A stretch of DNA of 64,000 bases. Origin: Lysobacter sp. CFH 32150. GTDB lineage: Bacteria; Pseudomonadota; Gammaproteobacteria; Xanthomonadales; Xanthomonadaceae. Within the stretch, counting starts at the first letter, position 1. The number at the start of each line of letters is the position of its first letter. The position numbers and the translations under genes are program-made. The stretch lies in NCBI RefSeq assembly GCF_022758295.1, contig NZ_JALDWJ010000007.1, positions 148,940 through 212,939 of the forward strand, given 5' to 3'. The notes under the pieces are model-generated. The model made no database searches, had not been told where the DNA came from, and saw only the letters and a program-made list of their open reading frames with translations. Below are positions 51,468 to 62,315 of this stretch, piece after piece.

Positions 51468-51534
51468 ACCGTGGACATTGCACGCATCGACGGGGGCGCG
51501 CGGGCGCCCCCGTTCTTTTTGCACATGCAACCAA

Positions 51535-52440
51535 TCAGGCCTCCACCGGCACCGAGCGCGCCCAGCTCCACTTCAGGTTCACACCGAGCGTGCCAAGGAC
51601 GATCAGGGAAACACCCACCGTCTGGATCGGGCTCAGTGCCTGGCCATACAACAGATAATCGAGCAACAACGCGATCACCGGATAGACGAAGGCCAGCACC
51701 GCAATCGTGACCACCGGCAGACGCGGGTAAGCGGAATAGAACAGCACATAGCAAATGCCGCTGTGGATCAGGCCGAGGCCGGCCAGCCAGACCCAATGCG
51801 AACCCATGCCGGCCACCGCTGAGTAATCCGCGAACGGTGCCAGCATCGCCACGCCGACCAGACACTGGATCAGCACCACCGCAAACGGACGCTCGCGACT
51901 GATCTGGCGCGACAGCAGCATCGAGGCGCCGCAAAGGATCGCCGCGACGAACACCAGGCCGACGCCAAGCAGGTAACTGGCGTCGGCGCTGCCGAACAGC
52001 TTGATCGGATCAGCGGACAGCACCACCCCGGCAAACGCGAGGCTGGTCCAGGCCAGGTCTGCGGGTCGCGTGCGTTCGCCGTAGAACAGCGCCGCCAACG
52101 CCAGCATCGCAAACGGGAAGAAGTGATAGACCAGCGTGGCGACGCCGATCGACGAGCGCGCCATGCCGGCGAACAGCGCGACCCAGTTCAGCACCAGCAC
52201 CACGCCGCTGACCACGGCCGCCTTGATCAGCGCGCGCTCTGCGAGCAATCCGCGCAGATGACCCCGCGCGATGCCCCACGCGATCAGGAACAGGCTGCCG
52301 AACACGCAGCGGAAGAACACTGAGGTGGTCGCATCCTGCCCACTTTCATGGACGAAGACGCCGACCGACCCGATCAGGATCTCGGCGACGAACAACTGGA
52401 TCAGCGCGGTACGCGATTCACGGCTGGAAGCGGCGTTCAT
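51535..52440 (-). CDS. DMT/EamA-family transporter.
   Basis: 301 aa with ten TM helices. Confidence 0.8.
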   Translation of the reverse strand: MNAASSRESRTALIQLFVAEILIGSVGVFVHESGQDATTSVFFRCVFGSLFLIAWGIARGHLRGLLAERALIKAAVVSGVVLVLNWVALFAGMARSSIGVATLVYHFFPFAMLALAALFYGERTRPADLAWTSLAFAGVVLSADPIKLFGSADASYLLGVGLVFVAAILCGASMLLSRQISRERPFAVVLIQCLVGVAMLAPFADYSAVAGMGSHWVWLAGLGLIHSGICYVLFYSAYPRLPVVTIAVLAFVYPVIALLLDYLLYGQALSPIQTVGVSLIVLGTLGVNLKWSWARSVPVEA

Positions 52441-52526
52441 GCAGGGGGCCGGGCGGGGGAACTGCAGGCTAGGCCGTGACTGAACGCCAGTACAGATGCA
52501 GCTATCATATAATTTGACCAGTACAG

Positions 52527-53954
52527 ATGCCCATGCCCGAAACCCTGCTCTATGAGCGCCTAGCCGAACGCCTGCGCGGACAGATCCAGCGCGGCGTGCT
52601 GCGCGCGGGCGAACGCATGCCTTCCCTGCGACGGCTCGGCCGCGAGCAACGGGTCAGCCTGGCGACGGCCGTCGAGGCGTACCTGCATCTCGAACGCGAA
52701 GGCCTGGTCGAGGCGCGGCCGCGCTCGGGCTATTACGTCCGCGCACCCCATGCATCGCTACCACGCGGCCTCACCCCGGCGCGCACACGCGCCCCGCAGC
52801 CCATCCGCAACCCGGCCTTGCTCGGTGTCCTCGACGTGCTCGGGCGCAAGGACGTCCTGCCGTTCCACGCCGCCACGCCCTCGCTCGAGTTGCTGCCCAG
52901 TGCTGCACTAGCCACCGCCACGACACGCGTCCTCCGCCGCGACCCGGGTGTCGCGCTGAGTTATGCGGTGCCGCAGGGCATCGCCGAATTGCGCCAGCGC
53001 ATTGCACAGCGCTATGCGCAATGCGCAGTCGACGTCGATCCCGACGAGATCATCATCACCGCCGGCGCGATGGAGGCGATCACCCTGGCGTTGCGTACCG
53101 TCACGAAGCCCGGCGACATCGTGCTGCTGGAGACGCCGACGTATTACGGCTTGCTGCAGGCGGTCGCAGCCCTCGGCCTGCGCGTGATCGAGGTACCGAA
53201 TCGGGCTGGTGCCGGCATCGACGCCGCATGCGCAGCGGAATTGCTGGATCGCCATTCCGTCCGCGCTGCAGTCCTGGTGCCGAACTTCAACAATCCCAGC
53301 GGCAGCCTCACCAGCGATGTCGACAAGCGCGCCCTGGTCGCCGCCTGCACGGCGCATGACGTCGTGGTGATCGAAGACGACCTCTATGGCGAGCTCGCCT
53401 ACTCAGGCGAGCGTCCTGCCCCGTTGCGTCGCTTCGATGGTGGCCGCGGCCACGTGATCACCTGCGGCTCGTTCTCCAAGATGCTCGCGCCGGGCTTCCG
53501 CGTCGGCTGGGTGCTCGGGGGACGGTGGGCCACGGAGTTGCTACGCGCGAAATGCTTTTCGACCGTGGCCACGGCAACGTTGCCGCAACTGGCGATCGCC
53601 GAATACCTGTCGCGCCACGATTTCGATCGCGCCCTGCGCCGCCTGCGCCGCGAACTCGCCACCAACGCGCAACGCTACCGCGAAGCCATCGCCCATCACT
53701 GGCCCGAAGGCACGCGCGTCTCTGAACCGACCGGCGGCATGGCGCTGTGGCTGGAATTGCCGGCGCCACTCGAGGGCCAGGCCTTGTTCGAGGCCGCCCT
53801 CGCGCGCGGCATCGGCACCCTGCCCGGCCACCTGTTCTCCAATCGTGGCGATTACCGCCACCACCTGCGCCTGAGCTGCGGCCTGAAATGGGACGCGCCT
53901 GTCGAAGCCGGCCTGCGTACCGTCGGCAGCCTGGCGCAGCGCCTGCTCGCATAG
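52527..53954 (+). CDS. MocR/GabR-family regulator (GntR HTH fused to a class-I aminotransferase-like PLP domain).
   Basis: N-terminal wHTH (LPSLRRLGREQRVSLATAVEAYLHLEREGLV) and a C-terminal fold-type I domain with SFSKMLAPGFRVGW (PLP lysine). Divergent from the DMT gene. Confidence 0.85.
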   Translation: MPMPETLLYERLAERLRGQIQRGVLRAGERMPSLRRLGREQRVSLATAVEAYLHLEREGLVEARPRSGYYVRAPHASLPRGLTPARTRAPQPIRNPALLGVLDVLGRKDVLPFHAATPSLELLPSAALATATTRVLRRDPGVALSYAVPQGIAELRQRIAQRYAQCAVDVDPDEIIITAGAMEAITLALRTVTKPGDIVLLETPTYYGLLQAVAALGLRVIEVPNRAGAGIDAACAAELLDRHSVRAAVLVPNFNNPSGSLTSDVDKRALVAACTAHDVVVIEDDLYGELAYSGERPAPLRRFDGGRGHVITCGSFSKMLAPGFRVGWVLGGRWATELLRAKCFSTVATATLPQLAIAEYLSRHDFDRALRRLRRELATNAQRYREAIAHHWPEGTRVSEPTGGMALWLELPAPLEGQALFEAALARGIGTLPGHLFSNRGDYRHHLRLSCGLKWDAPVEAGLRTVGSLAQRLLA

Positions 53955-54015
53955 GGTGCGAGGCTACAATTCACGCGAACGTGGTCGTAGCGACCACAGC
54001 CACTGAGCTCGAACG

Positions 54016-54282
54016 ATGACCGATACCCTTCCCGATCGCCTCTCCACCGATCCCCGCAGCCCGCATTACGACGCCGCCATCCTCGAACGCGGCATCGGCA
54101 TCCGCTTCAACGGCGTGGAGAAGACCAACGTCGAGGAATACTGCGTCAGCGAAGGCTGGGTGCGCCTGCCGGTCGGCAAGTCGCTCGATCGCCGCGGCCA
54201 GCCGATGACGATGAAGGTCAAGGGCGAAGTCGTGCCCTACTTCCTCGACACGAAGCACGCAGAGCCAGACCCCGCAGGCTGA
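54016..54282 (+). CDS. DUF3297-like small protein (88 aa).
   Basis: Family pattern ...IRFNGVEKTNVEEYCVSEGWVRL.... Confidence 0.55.
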   Translation: MTDTLPDRLSTDPRSPHYDAAILERGIGIRFNGVEKTNVEEYCVSEGWVRLPVGKSLDRRGQPMTMKVKGEVVPYFLDTKHAEPDPAG

Positions 54283-54297
54283 TGTGCGGATGCGGGC

Positions 54298-54582
54298 ATG
54301 ACCGTCTACGTCGACGATGCAGTCACCCTCTGGCGCGGCCAGCGTTGGGCGCATCTGATGGCCGACACACTGGACGAGTTACACGAGATGGCGGCACGGC
54401 TCGGCATCCCGCACCGCGCGTTCCAGAACAAGACCAGCGGCGCGCACTACGATGTCCCCGCGCCTGTGCGCGAAGAGGCGATCCGCCTTGGTGCCGTCGC
54501 CATCTCGCGCCATCACGATCGCGAGCTGGTGCGCACCGTGATCCGCAACGCCAAGGCGCAGGGACGCGGCGAACACGCGTGA
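54298..54582 (+). CDS. DUF4031-like small protein (94 aa).
   Basis: MTVYVDDAVTLWRGQRWAHLMADTLDELHEMAARLGI... matches the DUF4031 N-terminal pattern (M-VYVDD...HLMAD). Confidence 0.55.
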   Translation: MTVYVDDAVTLWRGQRWAHLMADTLDELHEMAARLGIPHRAFQNKTSGAHYDVPAPVREEAIRLGAVAISRHHDRELVRTVIRNAKAQGRGEHA

Positions 54583-54628
54583 GATCCGGCCAGCCGGCTA
54601 TCATCCTTGCATTGCCACCGCACCGAGG

Positions 54629-55009
54629 ATGCCGATGCAGTACCTGATGCTGATCAATATCGACCAAAGCCTGCTCGACGCCCTGCCTGCGGGCGAATAT
54701 GACACCATGATGCGTGGCTGCATCGGCAAGGCCGATGAACTGCGTGACGCCGGCCATCTACTCGAATCACAGCAGCTCGAAGCGCCGGCAACCGCACGCA
54801 CCTTGCGCGTGCGCAGCGGACGCAGCACGGTGATCGACGGTCCTTTTGCCGAAACCAAGGAAGTCCTCGCCGGCTTCAACCTGATCGAAGCCCCGGACAT
54901 CGACGCAGCGATGCGCATCGCCGCCGACTTCCCCTGGGCAGGCTACGGCAGCATCGAGGTGCGCCCAGTGCGGGATTTCGAAGCGGTGCGACGCCTGGTC
55001 GGCGCGTAA
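54629..55009 (+). CDS. YciI-family (DGPF domain) protein.
   Basis: 126 aa in the YciI-like dimeric alpha+beta barrel family (MQYLMLIN...GPF...EAPD). Confidence 0.65.
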   Translation: MPMQYLMLINIDQSLLDALPAGEYDTMMRGCIGKADELRDAGHLLESQQLEAPATARTLRVRSGRSTVIDGPFAETKEVLAGFNLIEAPDIDAAMRIAADFPWAGYGSIEVRPVRDFEAVRRLVGA

Positions 55010-55129
55010 CGGCCCCCATCCCATTCAGGTGACACGAACCGTCGCAGAGGGCGCATAGTGGGGGCACGCGCCGCAATCGTGCCCGCCCCTTCCAGGCGGG
55101 CGTGCGGGCGCCGAAAGCGAAGGAACCCC

Positions 55130-55363
55130 ATGTCCAGTAGCAAGGGTCGCGGCAATCAACGGGACAACACCCGTGGCACGCAGCCCGGTGGCGATGCCAA
55201 CCACAAGCGCATGGAGAGCCGCCGCATCTCCGATCACATCGCCGATTTCGAACGCAGCGGTGGCCGCGTCGAGAAGCTCGGTACGACCCGCGTGTTGCAG
55301 AAGGTCGACTCCACGGCCGCGACGGGCACGCCGCCGCCCAAGCCGCCGGCACGCAAGCGCTAG
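55130..55363 (+). CDS. Small basic hypothetical protein (77 aa).
   Basis: Start reset to MSSSKGRGNQRDN. Lys/Arg/Gly-rich with a C-terminal PPPKPPARKR. Confidence 0.35.
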   Translation: MSSSKGRGNQRDNTRGTQPGGDANHKRMESRRISDHIADFERSGGRVEKLGTTRVLQKVDSTAATGTPPPKPPARKR

Positions 55364-55493
55364 CCGCATTCGGACAGGTGCCGAAGCGCTTCCGCTCGGT
55401 TTTTTGGCCGCTCCAACCCTGCCTTAAGTCGTGCTGCAACCCCAGACTTTTCGGAGTAGTGTTCGCGCGTCGACGCCATTCCGGAGAGCCGCC

Positions 55494-56438
55494 ATGCCTG
55501 CTCACTCACGACTGGTCCGCGTTGCATGCGGCAGCGCGCTGTTGGTCCTTGCGACGGCAGTCTGCGCCGATGGTGGCGGCGGCGGCAACATGCCGAGCGG
55601 TGCACCGCCGAGCATGAGCGCGCCGCGCTTCGACCCGACCGTCGAATACAAGAAAGGCCTCGAAGCACTACAGGCTGAAAATTACAAAGACGCCGACCGC
55701 GCCTTCGGCCGCGTGCTGCAGGTCATCCCACGCGACGCCAACAGCAATTTCATGGCGGGCCTGGCTCGTACCGGACTGGGCAAGCTGAAAGACGCGCGTC
55801 GTTATTACGAAAAAGCCGTGAAGTACGACGAGAACCTGATTCCCGCGCACCAGGAACTCGGCATTACCCTCGCCAAGCTCGGCGAAGCCGACAAGGCACG
55901 CGCCGTGCTCGATGACCTCAAGCAACGCGCCACCACGTGCGCCGACACCTGCGCGCAAGCCGCCGACCTGAAGGCCGCGGTTCCCGCCGTCGAAGCGGCG
56001 CTCGGCACCACGCCACCGCCGACGTCATCCGTACCGACCGCGTCGGAGTTCCTGTTCGCCAGCGCCGATCACGGTGACCGCGCCTATCTTGAGGCGGTCG
56101 CGCTGATCAATGAAAAACGCTACGAGGATGCGATCGTCGCCTTGAGCGCATCGGCGCGCGTGTTCGGCCCGCACCCTGACATCCTCACCTACCTTGGCTT
56201 TGCCAATCGCAAGCTCGGCCGCTTCACGGTGGCCGAGGATTACTACCGGCAAGCGCTGGCCGCAGCGCCCGATCATCTCGGCGCAACCGAGTATTACGGC
56301 GAGCTGATGGTCGAACGCGGCGACCTGACCGGCGCACGTCGCATGCTCGCGAAACTCGAAGCCACGTGCAGCTACGGTTGCGCGCAGGCGGATGAATTGC
56401 GTCGATGGATCGTCGCCGCAACGCCCGACGCTTCCTGA
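55494..56438 (+). CDS. Tetratricopeptide-repeat protein with a signal peptide or lipobox.
   Basis: Start reset to MPAHSRLVRVACGSALLVLATAVCADGG. At least four TPR-like helical pairs and paired CxxxC in the helices. Confidence 0.65.
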   Translation: MPAHSRLVRVACGSALLVLATAVCADGGGGGNMPSGAPPSMSAPRFDPTVEYKKGLEALQAENYKDADRAFGRVLQVIPRDANSNFMAGLARTGLGKLKDARRYYEKAVKYDENLIPAHQELGITLAKLGEADKARAVLDDLKQRATTCADTCAQAADLKAAVPAVEAALGTTPPPTSSVPTASEFLFASADHGDRAYLEAVALINEKRYEDAIVALSASARVFGPHPDILTYLGFANRKLGRFTVAEDYYRQALAAAPDHLGATEYYGELMVERGDLTGARRMLAKLEATCSYGCAQADELRRWIVAATPDAS

Positions 56439-57379
56439 TCGGCTTCGCCCTCGCCGCCAGCCTCGCGCTGGCGGCAGCATCGCCATTGGGAGCGGCGGCG
56501 GAGTTGCCGCTGCGTGCCGCACGCTGGTTGCCGCAAGAACGGCAAGCACACGCGCTAACGCATGAACCCACCGAATGCCTGTCGCTATCCGCCGACGCGC
56601 AAACCGCACATCGCCTCGCCATCGGCCGCGCTGCGTTTCGTACGCCGTTGCTGTTGGGCGGCCAAGCCGCGCGCGCAGGCCTGTCGTGCAACAGCTGTCA
56701 TCGCAACGGGCGCGGCAATCCGGATTTCCAGTTCCGCGGATTCTCGGGCGCGCCGGGCACCGCAGACGTCACCTCGTCGCTGATGAGTTCGCACCGCGGC
56801 GATGGTCGCCACAACCCGACGCCCATTCCTGACCTGAGTGGGCCGGCACAGTTGCTGAAAGTGCCCAGGGACCCTGCGAATCGCGCGCTGGAAACCTTCA
56901 TCCGCGGCCTCATCGTCGAAGAATTCGATGGTCCGGAACCATCGCGGTTGACCCTCGACAGCGTGGCCTCGTACGTGCGCATGCTCTCGCCTGGCGCGTG
57001 CCCATCCACTCCCGTGCAACCGACACGACTCGCGAATGCCATCGCCGATGCGCGCGCTGCCGCGCAAGCCGCGGGCTACGCACTCGATGCGAAGGAACCC
57101 GCCACCGCGCGTTTGATGCTGGCAAGCGCACGCACGGCGCTCGGCACGATCAATGAGCGCTACGCCGCGGCTGCACTCGCCCACGACCGCCAACGGTTGC
57201 GCGAAGCCGATCGCGAACTCGCGGCGATCCAGAACGCGATCGATCTCCGCAAACCTGACGTCGCATCGCGCATCGCCGCGTGGCTGGCGAAAGTCCCGCG
57301 CTGGGCGGAACCGCTCGCGCGCGACGAACCGCTATCCCTCTTCAACCCCGAGCAGCTGGCGGCAGCAGCCGCACATTGA
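56405..57379 (+). CDS. Putative c-type haem protein (single CXXCH, CNSCH) with an N-terminal RRFL twin-arginine-like motif.
   Basis: GLSCNSCHRNG read directly; N-terminus MDRRRNARRFLIGFALAASLALAAA. It overlaps the TPR gene end by 34 nt. Confidence 0.5.
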   Translation: MDRRRNARRFLIGFALAASLALAAASPLGAAAELPLRAARWLPQERQAHALTHEPTECLSLSADAQTAHRLAIGRAAFRTPLLLGGQAARAGLSCNSCHRNGRGNPDFQFRGFSGAPGTADVTSSLMSSHRGDGRHNPTPIPDLSGPAQLLKVPRDPANRALETFIRGLIVEEFDGPEPSRLTLDSVASYVRMLSPGACPSTPVQPTRLANAIADARAAAQAAGYALDAKEPATARLMLASARTALGTINERYAAAALAHDRQRLREADRELAAIQNAIDLRKPDVASRIAAWLAKVPRWAEPLARDEPLSLFNPEQLAAAAAH

Positions 57380-57405
57380 TGCGTGGCAAGCGATAGACCA
57401 AAGCC

Positions 57406-58163
57406 TCAAGCCTTGAGCTTCCAACCGGTGCGGAAGATCCACCACACCGATGCCAGGCACAACGCGAGGAAGCCGAGAATCGCGGTCACGCTGATGCCAA
57501 CATTGACGTCGGCCACGCCGTAGAAGCTCCAGCGGAAACCGCTGATCAGGTACACGACCGGATTGAACAGCGTGATCTTCTGCCATACCGGCGGCAGCAT
57601 GTTGATCGAATAGAACGCGCCGCCAAGGAAGGTCAACGGCGTCACGATCATCAGCGGGATGACCTGCAGCTTCTGGAAGTCGTCCGCCCACAGGCCGATG
57701 ATGAAGCCGAACAGGCTGAAGGTCACCGCCGTCAGCAGCAGGAAGCAGACCATCCACACCGGATGCGCGATCTCGTAGGGCACGAAGAAGCGCGCCGTCA
57801 CCAGGATCAGTACGCCGAGCATCACCGACTTGGTCGCCGCCGCGCCGACGTAGCCGACCACCACCTCGACGAACGACACCGGCGCCGACAGCAGCTCGTA
57901 GATCGTGCCCGACCATTTCGGCAGGTAGATGCCGAACGAGGCGTTGGAAATGCTCTCGTTGAGCAACGTGAGCATGATCAGGCCGGGAATGATGAAGGCG
58001 CCGTAGCTGACGCCGTCGATCGCGCCCATGCGCGAACCGATCGCCGCGCCGAATACGACGAAGTACAGCGATGTCGACAGCACCGGCGAGGCGATGCTCT
58101 GGGTGATGGTGCGGAAAGTACGCGCCATTTCGAAGCGGTAGATCGCGCGGATCGCAGGCAGGT

Positions 58164-58167
<4 letters not shown>
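57406..58167 (-). CDS. ABC-2-type transporter permease.
   Basis: 253 aa with six TM helices and an ABC-2 pattern. Confidence 0.8.
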
Positions 58168-59102
<935 letters not shown>

Positions 59103-59109
59103 GTTGACC

Positions 59110-59901
59110 TCATTCGCACGAAAGGTGGGCGACCGCTTGCGGAACGATCGCAACGCGGTCGCCGGCAGATAGGCGCTCCAGTTCCCGCACGACCGTGGGC
59201 CATGCCGGGCTGAGCGGATCGATGAGGGCGAAGTGCCCACACGCCTCGAGACGCAGCAGCTGGATGGCTGCATGCGTCGCCTGGTAGGACTCCGAAATGG
59301 CGAGTGGCACGACGGCATCGTCCTCGCCATGCACGAAGATCGTAGCTACCGATGGCGTATCCAGTTGGCGCGGATCGAGGTCGACGCGCGCATCCGGCGT
59401 GGTGCCGAGGAAGGCGTGGACGGCACCGTTGCCCAGTCCAAGTTCATCGGCCAGTTGCAGATCGGCAGCCGGCGCCAATGCCAGGACGCCCGACAAGGCG
59501 GGAGTCGCGTGCTTCGTCGCTGCCAACAGCGCCAGATGGCCACCCGCGGAGTGACCGATCAGGATGACGCGGCCATCGTGCTGCGCCACTTGCGCTGGCA
59601 GGCGCTCGAGCGCCAGCGCGACATCCGCGACGGTCGCATCGGGGAGGCCCGGTATCCGTCGGTAGCCGATCGCCGCCGCTGTCCACCCCAGCGCCGCCAC
59701 TTCGGCTGCCATCGGTCCGGTCTGCGCGCGATCGTATTGCGGGCGCCAGAATCCACCATGGATGAGCAGCACCAATGGCCGCAACCTTGCGCGTTGATCG
59801 CCGAATCGAACGTCAGCGGCCTGATCGACCGCGTCGCCGTACTTCACGACTTCATCGGGAGGAGATGCGGCTCGGTCCAATACGGAGAGATCTTCGGTCA
59901 T
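59110..59901 (-). CDS. Alpha/beta-hydrolase-fold esterase.
   Basis: Oxyanion LIHGGFW and nucleophile elbow GHSAGG. First gene of a three-gene minus-strand operon. Confidence 0.7.
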   Translation of the reverse strand: MTEDLSVLDRAASPPDEVVKYGDAVDQAADVRFGDQRARLRPLVLLIHGGFWRPQYDRAQTGPMAAEVAALGWTAAAIGYRRIPGLPDATVADVALALERLPAQVAQHDGRVILIGHSAGGHLALLAATKHATPALSGVLALAPAADLQLADELGLGNGAVHAFLGTTPDARVDLDPRQLDTPSVATIFVHGEDDAVVPLAISESYQATHAAIQLLRLEACGHFALIDPLSPAWPTVVRELERLSAGDRVAIVPQAVAHLSCE

Positions 59902-59930
59902 GCGTCACTCGAGACGTGGAGGTATTGCGC

Positions 59931-60191
59931 TTAGCCCATGTCGCCAAGCTGCCTTCCCATCGAAGTCGTCTCCCGGGTCAACCGCGCCAGCAACGCGCGC
60001 ACGGACGGCACGATCACCCAGGCCGTCGGCAGGGCGACGACGAAGGCGATCGCCCAGTTGTACAGCCATATCGCGGTCAAACCAGGCGCGAACCCATGAT
60101 GCAACAACGTCATGACAAGGCTGATGATGCCGGACATGGCCGTGACCATGAGCGGAACAAAGGCCAGCTGGGCTTGGCGGGGCGTGAGCAT
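59931..60191 (-). CDS. DUF2798-like small membrane protein.
   Basis: Two TM helices; MLTPRQAQLAFVPLMVTAMSGIISLVMTLL. Confidence 0.45.
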   Translation of the reverse strand: MLTPRQAQLAFVPLMVTAMSGIISLVMTLLHHGFAPGLTAIWLYNWAIAFVVALPTAWVIVPSVRALLARLTRETTSMGRQLGDMG

Positions 60192-60325
60192 GGGGGAATG
60201 CCTCGAATGCGGAGCGCATAGCCTAGGCATCGCACGGTGCGCCGATAAGCCCGCAATCGAGGGAAGGATCGTCCCATCGACGGGGCAATCGCGTTTGTCA
60301 CAGGGTTTCGGCGACGACTCGTACG

Positions 60326-60697
60326 TCAGCTGTGCGAGTTCGACTTCGGTGCCGGCGGCATCGGATCGTGCGCCGGTGGCTGACTCGGCTGCGGGACATC
60401 CGGTGCCGGAATCTCCGGTCCCGGGAGCGGTGGTTGTGGCGTCGGTGGCTCGGGCACTTCCGGCTGCGGTTGCTCGGGCATGGGTTCGGGACGTTGTGGC
60501 ACTTCTGGCGATGGCGGTGCGGGTATGGGCTGCTCCGGTATCGGCGGTGCAGGCGCGGGCGCATCCGGCTTCGGTTCATCCGGCGATGGCGTGATCGGTT
60601 CACGCGTCGGCGTGGTGGGCTCCGGCCGCGGAGTGACCGGCTCGCGTTGGGGTTCGGTCGGTTCCTGGACCGGCGTGGGTGTGGGCGGCGTCTGCAT
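60326..60697 (-). CDS. Proline-rich low-complexity protein (123 aa; PEP/PTP/PxP repeats).
   Basis: An AAGGA RBS lies 7 nt upstream of the ATG. 38% Pro. No TM or signal peptide. Confidence 0.45.
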   Translation of the reverse strand: MQTPPTPTPVQEPTEPQREPVTPRPEPTTPTREPITPSPDEPKPDAPAPAPPIPEQPIPAPPSPEVPQRPEPMPEQPQPEVPEPPTPQPPLPGPEIPAPDVPQPSQPPAHDPMPPAPKSNSHS

Positions 60698-60802
60698 CGT
60701 TGGTCCTTGGCATCGGCGTCATGCAGTCCAAACGCGCCCACGGCACGCGAGGGCGTGCGTCGTTGGGCACGGCAACAAGCACGAGCTATCTGCACCTCGT
60801 GT

Positions 60803-61045
60803 TCACTGCCGCCGCCTTTGCAGCTTCCGACTTGTTGCGTTGTCGCCATCGTCAGCGACTGGAAGACCACTGCTGCGTCGATCGCGCAACTGGTCCTCCA
60901 CGACGTCGCCCAGCTCTTCGAGGCTCACCACATGCAACGCCCTTTCGATACGCTCGGCATCGCTGGGCCGACGCAGGCCCTGATGCCGGCCGCTCGCTTC
61001 ACCACTGCGCAGGCCTTCGGGTGCATTGGCACGTTGGTTCATCAT
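60803..61045 (-). CDS. Small hypothetical protein (80 aa).
   Basis: Strong RBS TAAGGAGcaagATGATG. Charged, with no motif recognised. Confidence 0.5.
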   Translation of the reverse strand: MMNQRANAPEGLRSGEASGRHQGLRRPSDAERIERALHVVSLEELGDVVEDQLRDRRSSGLPVADDGDNATSRKLQRRRQ

Positions 61046-61085
61046 CTTGCTCCTTACATGCAGGATGCGTGCATCCCGTCTGGAT

Positions 61086-61556
61086 TCATGTGCCGCTGTC
61101 TTGCTTGGCTTCCGGCTTCTCCTTTTTCATCATCCGGTGTCCAGCCTGCATCTCCTCTCGGGACAGGCTGCCATTCTTGTCGGTGTCCATTTCGCTGAAC
61201 TTCTGCTGCGCGCCGGCGTCGTGCTCCGCCGCGGACAGCATGCCGTCACCGTTGGTATCCATAATCTTGATCTTGTCGGCCGAGGACATGGCATGACGCA
61301 TGCCCTTGTCGTCCTTCATCTTCATCTTGTGGCTGGCATCCATTTCGACAGCAGTGACATTGCCGTCGACATCGGTGTCCATCTTGGCGAACATAGTCTT
61401 GACGCCGGCCGCGTGTTCCGCCGCGGACACCATGTTGTCGCCGTTGGTGTCCATGGTCTTGAACATGTCATTGGCATGGTTCGCCCAGACGGAAAACGTC
61501 ATGCCGCCCAACAACGAACATGCAAACAGCATGCCGCGATTCTTCTGGTGATTCAT
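61086..61556 (-). CDS. Secreted calcium-binding protein with four EF-hand loops.
   Basis: Loops DTNGDNMVSAAE, DTDVDGNVTAVE, DTNGDGMLSAAE and DTDKNGSLSREE. Signal peptide MNHQKNRGMLFACSLLGGMTFSVWA. Confidence 0.75.
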   Translation of the reverse strand: MNHQKNRGMLFACSLLGGMTFSVWANHANDMFKTMDTNGDNMVSAAEHAAGVKTMFAKMDTDVDGNVTAVEMDASHKMKMKDDKGMRHAMSSADKIKIMDTNGDGMLSAAEHDAGAQQKFSEMDTDKNGSLSREEMQAGHRMMKKEKPEAKQDSGT

Positions 61557-61754
61557 TGCGATGACTCCTGCCAGACGTACCCGCGATCCGGCACGCTCAT
61601 TGCCCATCGCTTAGCGTGCGCTCCATGCGGTTAGCGGTCCGTCAAAAAAACGGCGCATGCTTCATTCACCGTCCTGAATGGCGTCATCCGATGCGCGCGA
61701 CGAAGGCCACAATGACCTCGCATGAGCGGACAGGCTTGTGTCGTTAAGTGATGC

Positions 61755-62315
61755 TCAATACGCATCGCTCGCTGCACGCAACTCGATCCCCAGCGCGGGC
61801 GCAATCACCCGCATCGCCTCGTCATCGCGGCTAAGCGTGATCCAGCCGGCATGAGCGTCGCCATTGGTGTTCCAGGTCCACAGCGTGTAGCCGTATTCAC
61901 GCAGGCGGTCGTACGCGATCGCCATCAATGCGGGTACGTCGGTGTCGTTGAGGAACTCATCGTCGGTCGGGTCTTCCACGCCCCAGTCGATGCGCAGGTT
62001 CCAGCGCGCGACCAACTCGTTGATGCTGTCGATCAACGTCGCGACGTCCGTCCAGTCGACGTAGAAGCCCGACTTCCAGTCGATCACGTCCTTGAGCAGC
62101 CATACGGGCTCGGTATCATCCGCCCCGGTTTCCGCCAACGCGTCGCGGTATGCGGTGAACTGCTGCAGCGCCGTTTCCTCGTCGCCGGGATTGATCAGCA
62201 ACAGCAACTGCCAAACCAGCGCTTCCGGCGTTTCCTCGTCGTCGGCATCCGCACCGGCCTCGAAGCTATGGGCGAAGTTGTCATCCGGATCGAATTCGAT
62301 GTCGGGAGTATTCAT
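61755..62315 (-). CDS. Acidic hypothetical protein (186 aa), translationally coupled (ATGA) to the upstream flavin reductase gene.
   Basis: MNTPDIEFDPDDNFAHSFEAGADADDEETPEALVWQLLLL.... The upstream part of the track ORF 61755..62924 is an out-of-frame artefact. Confidence 0.55.
   Translation of the reverse strand: MNTPDIEFDPDDNFAHSFEAGADADDEETPEALVWQLLLLINPGDEETALQQFTAYRDALAETGADDTEPVWLLKDVIDWKSGFYVDWTDVATLIDSINELVARWNLRIDWGVEDPTDDEFLNDTDVPALMAIAYDRLREYGYTLWTWNTNGDAHAGWITLSRDDEAMRVIAPALGIELRAASDAY

Noticed and set aside
55058-55129. 24-codon N-terminal extension of the small basic ORF
   Set aside because: It overlaps the YciI-like gene 3' region. The internal ATG (MSSSKGRG...) is the more plausible start, and the gene itself remains low confidence.
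60300-60700. Proline-codon-rich repetitive DNA as a non-coding repeat or CRISPR-like array
   Set aside because: It is a continuous ORF with a good RBS encoding a Pro-rich low-complexity protein, and has no repeat-spacer architecture.
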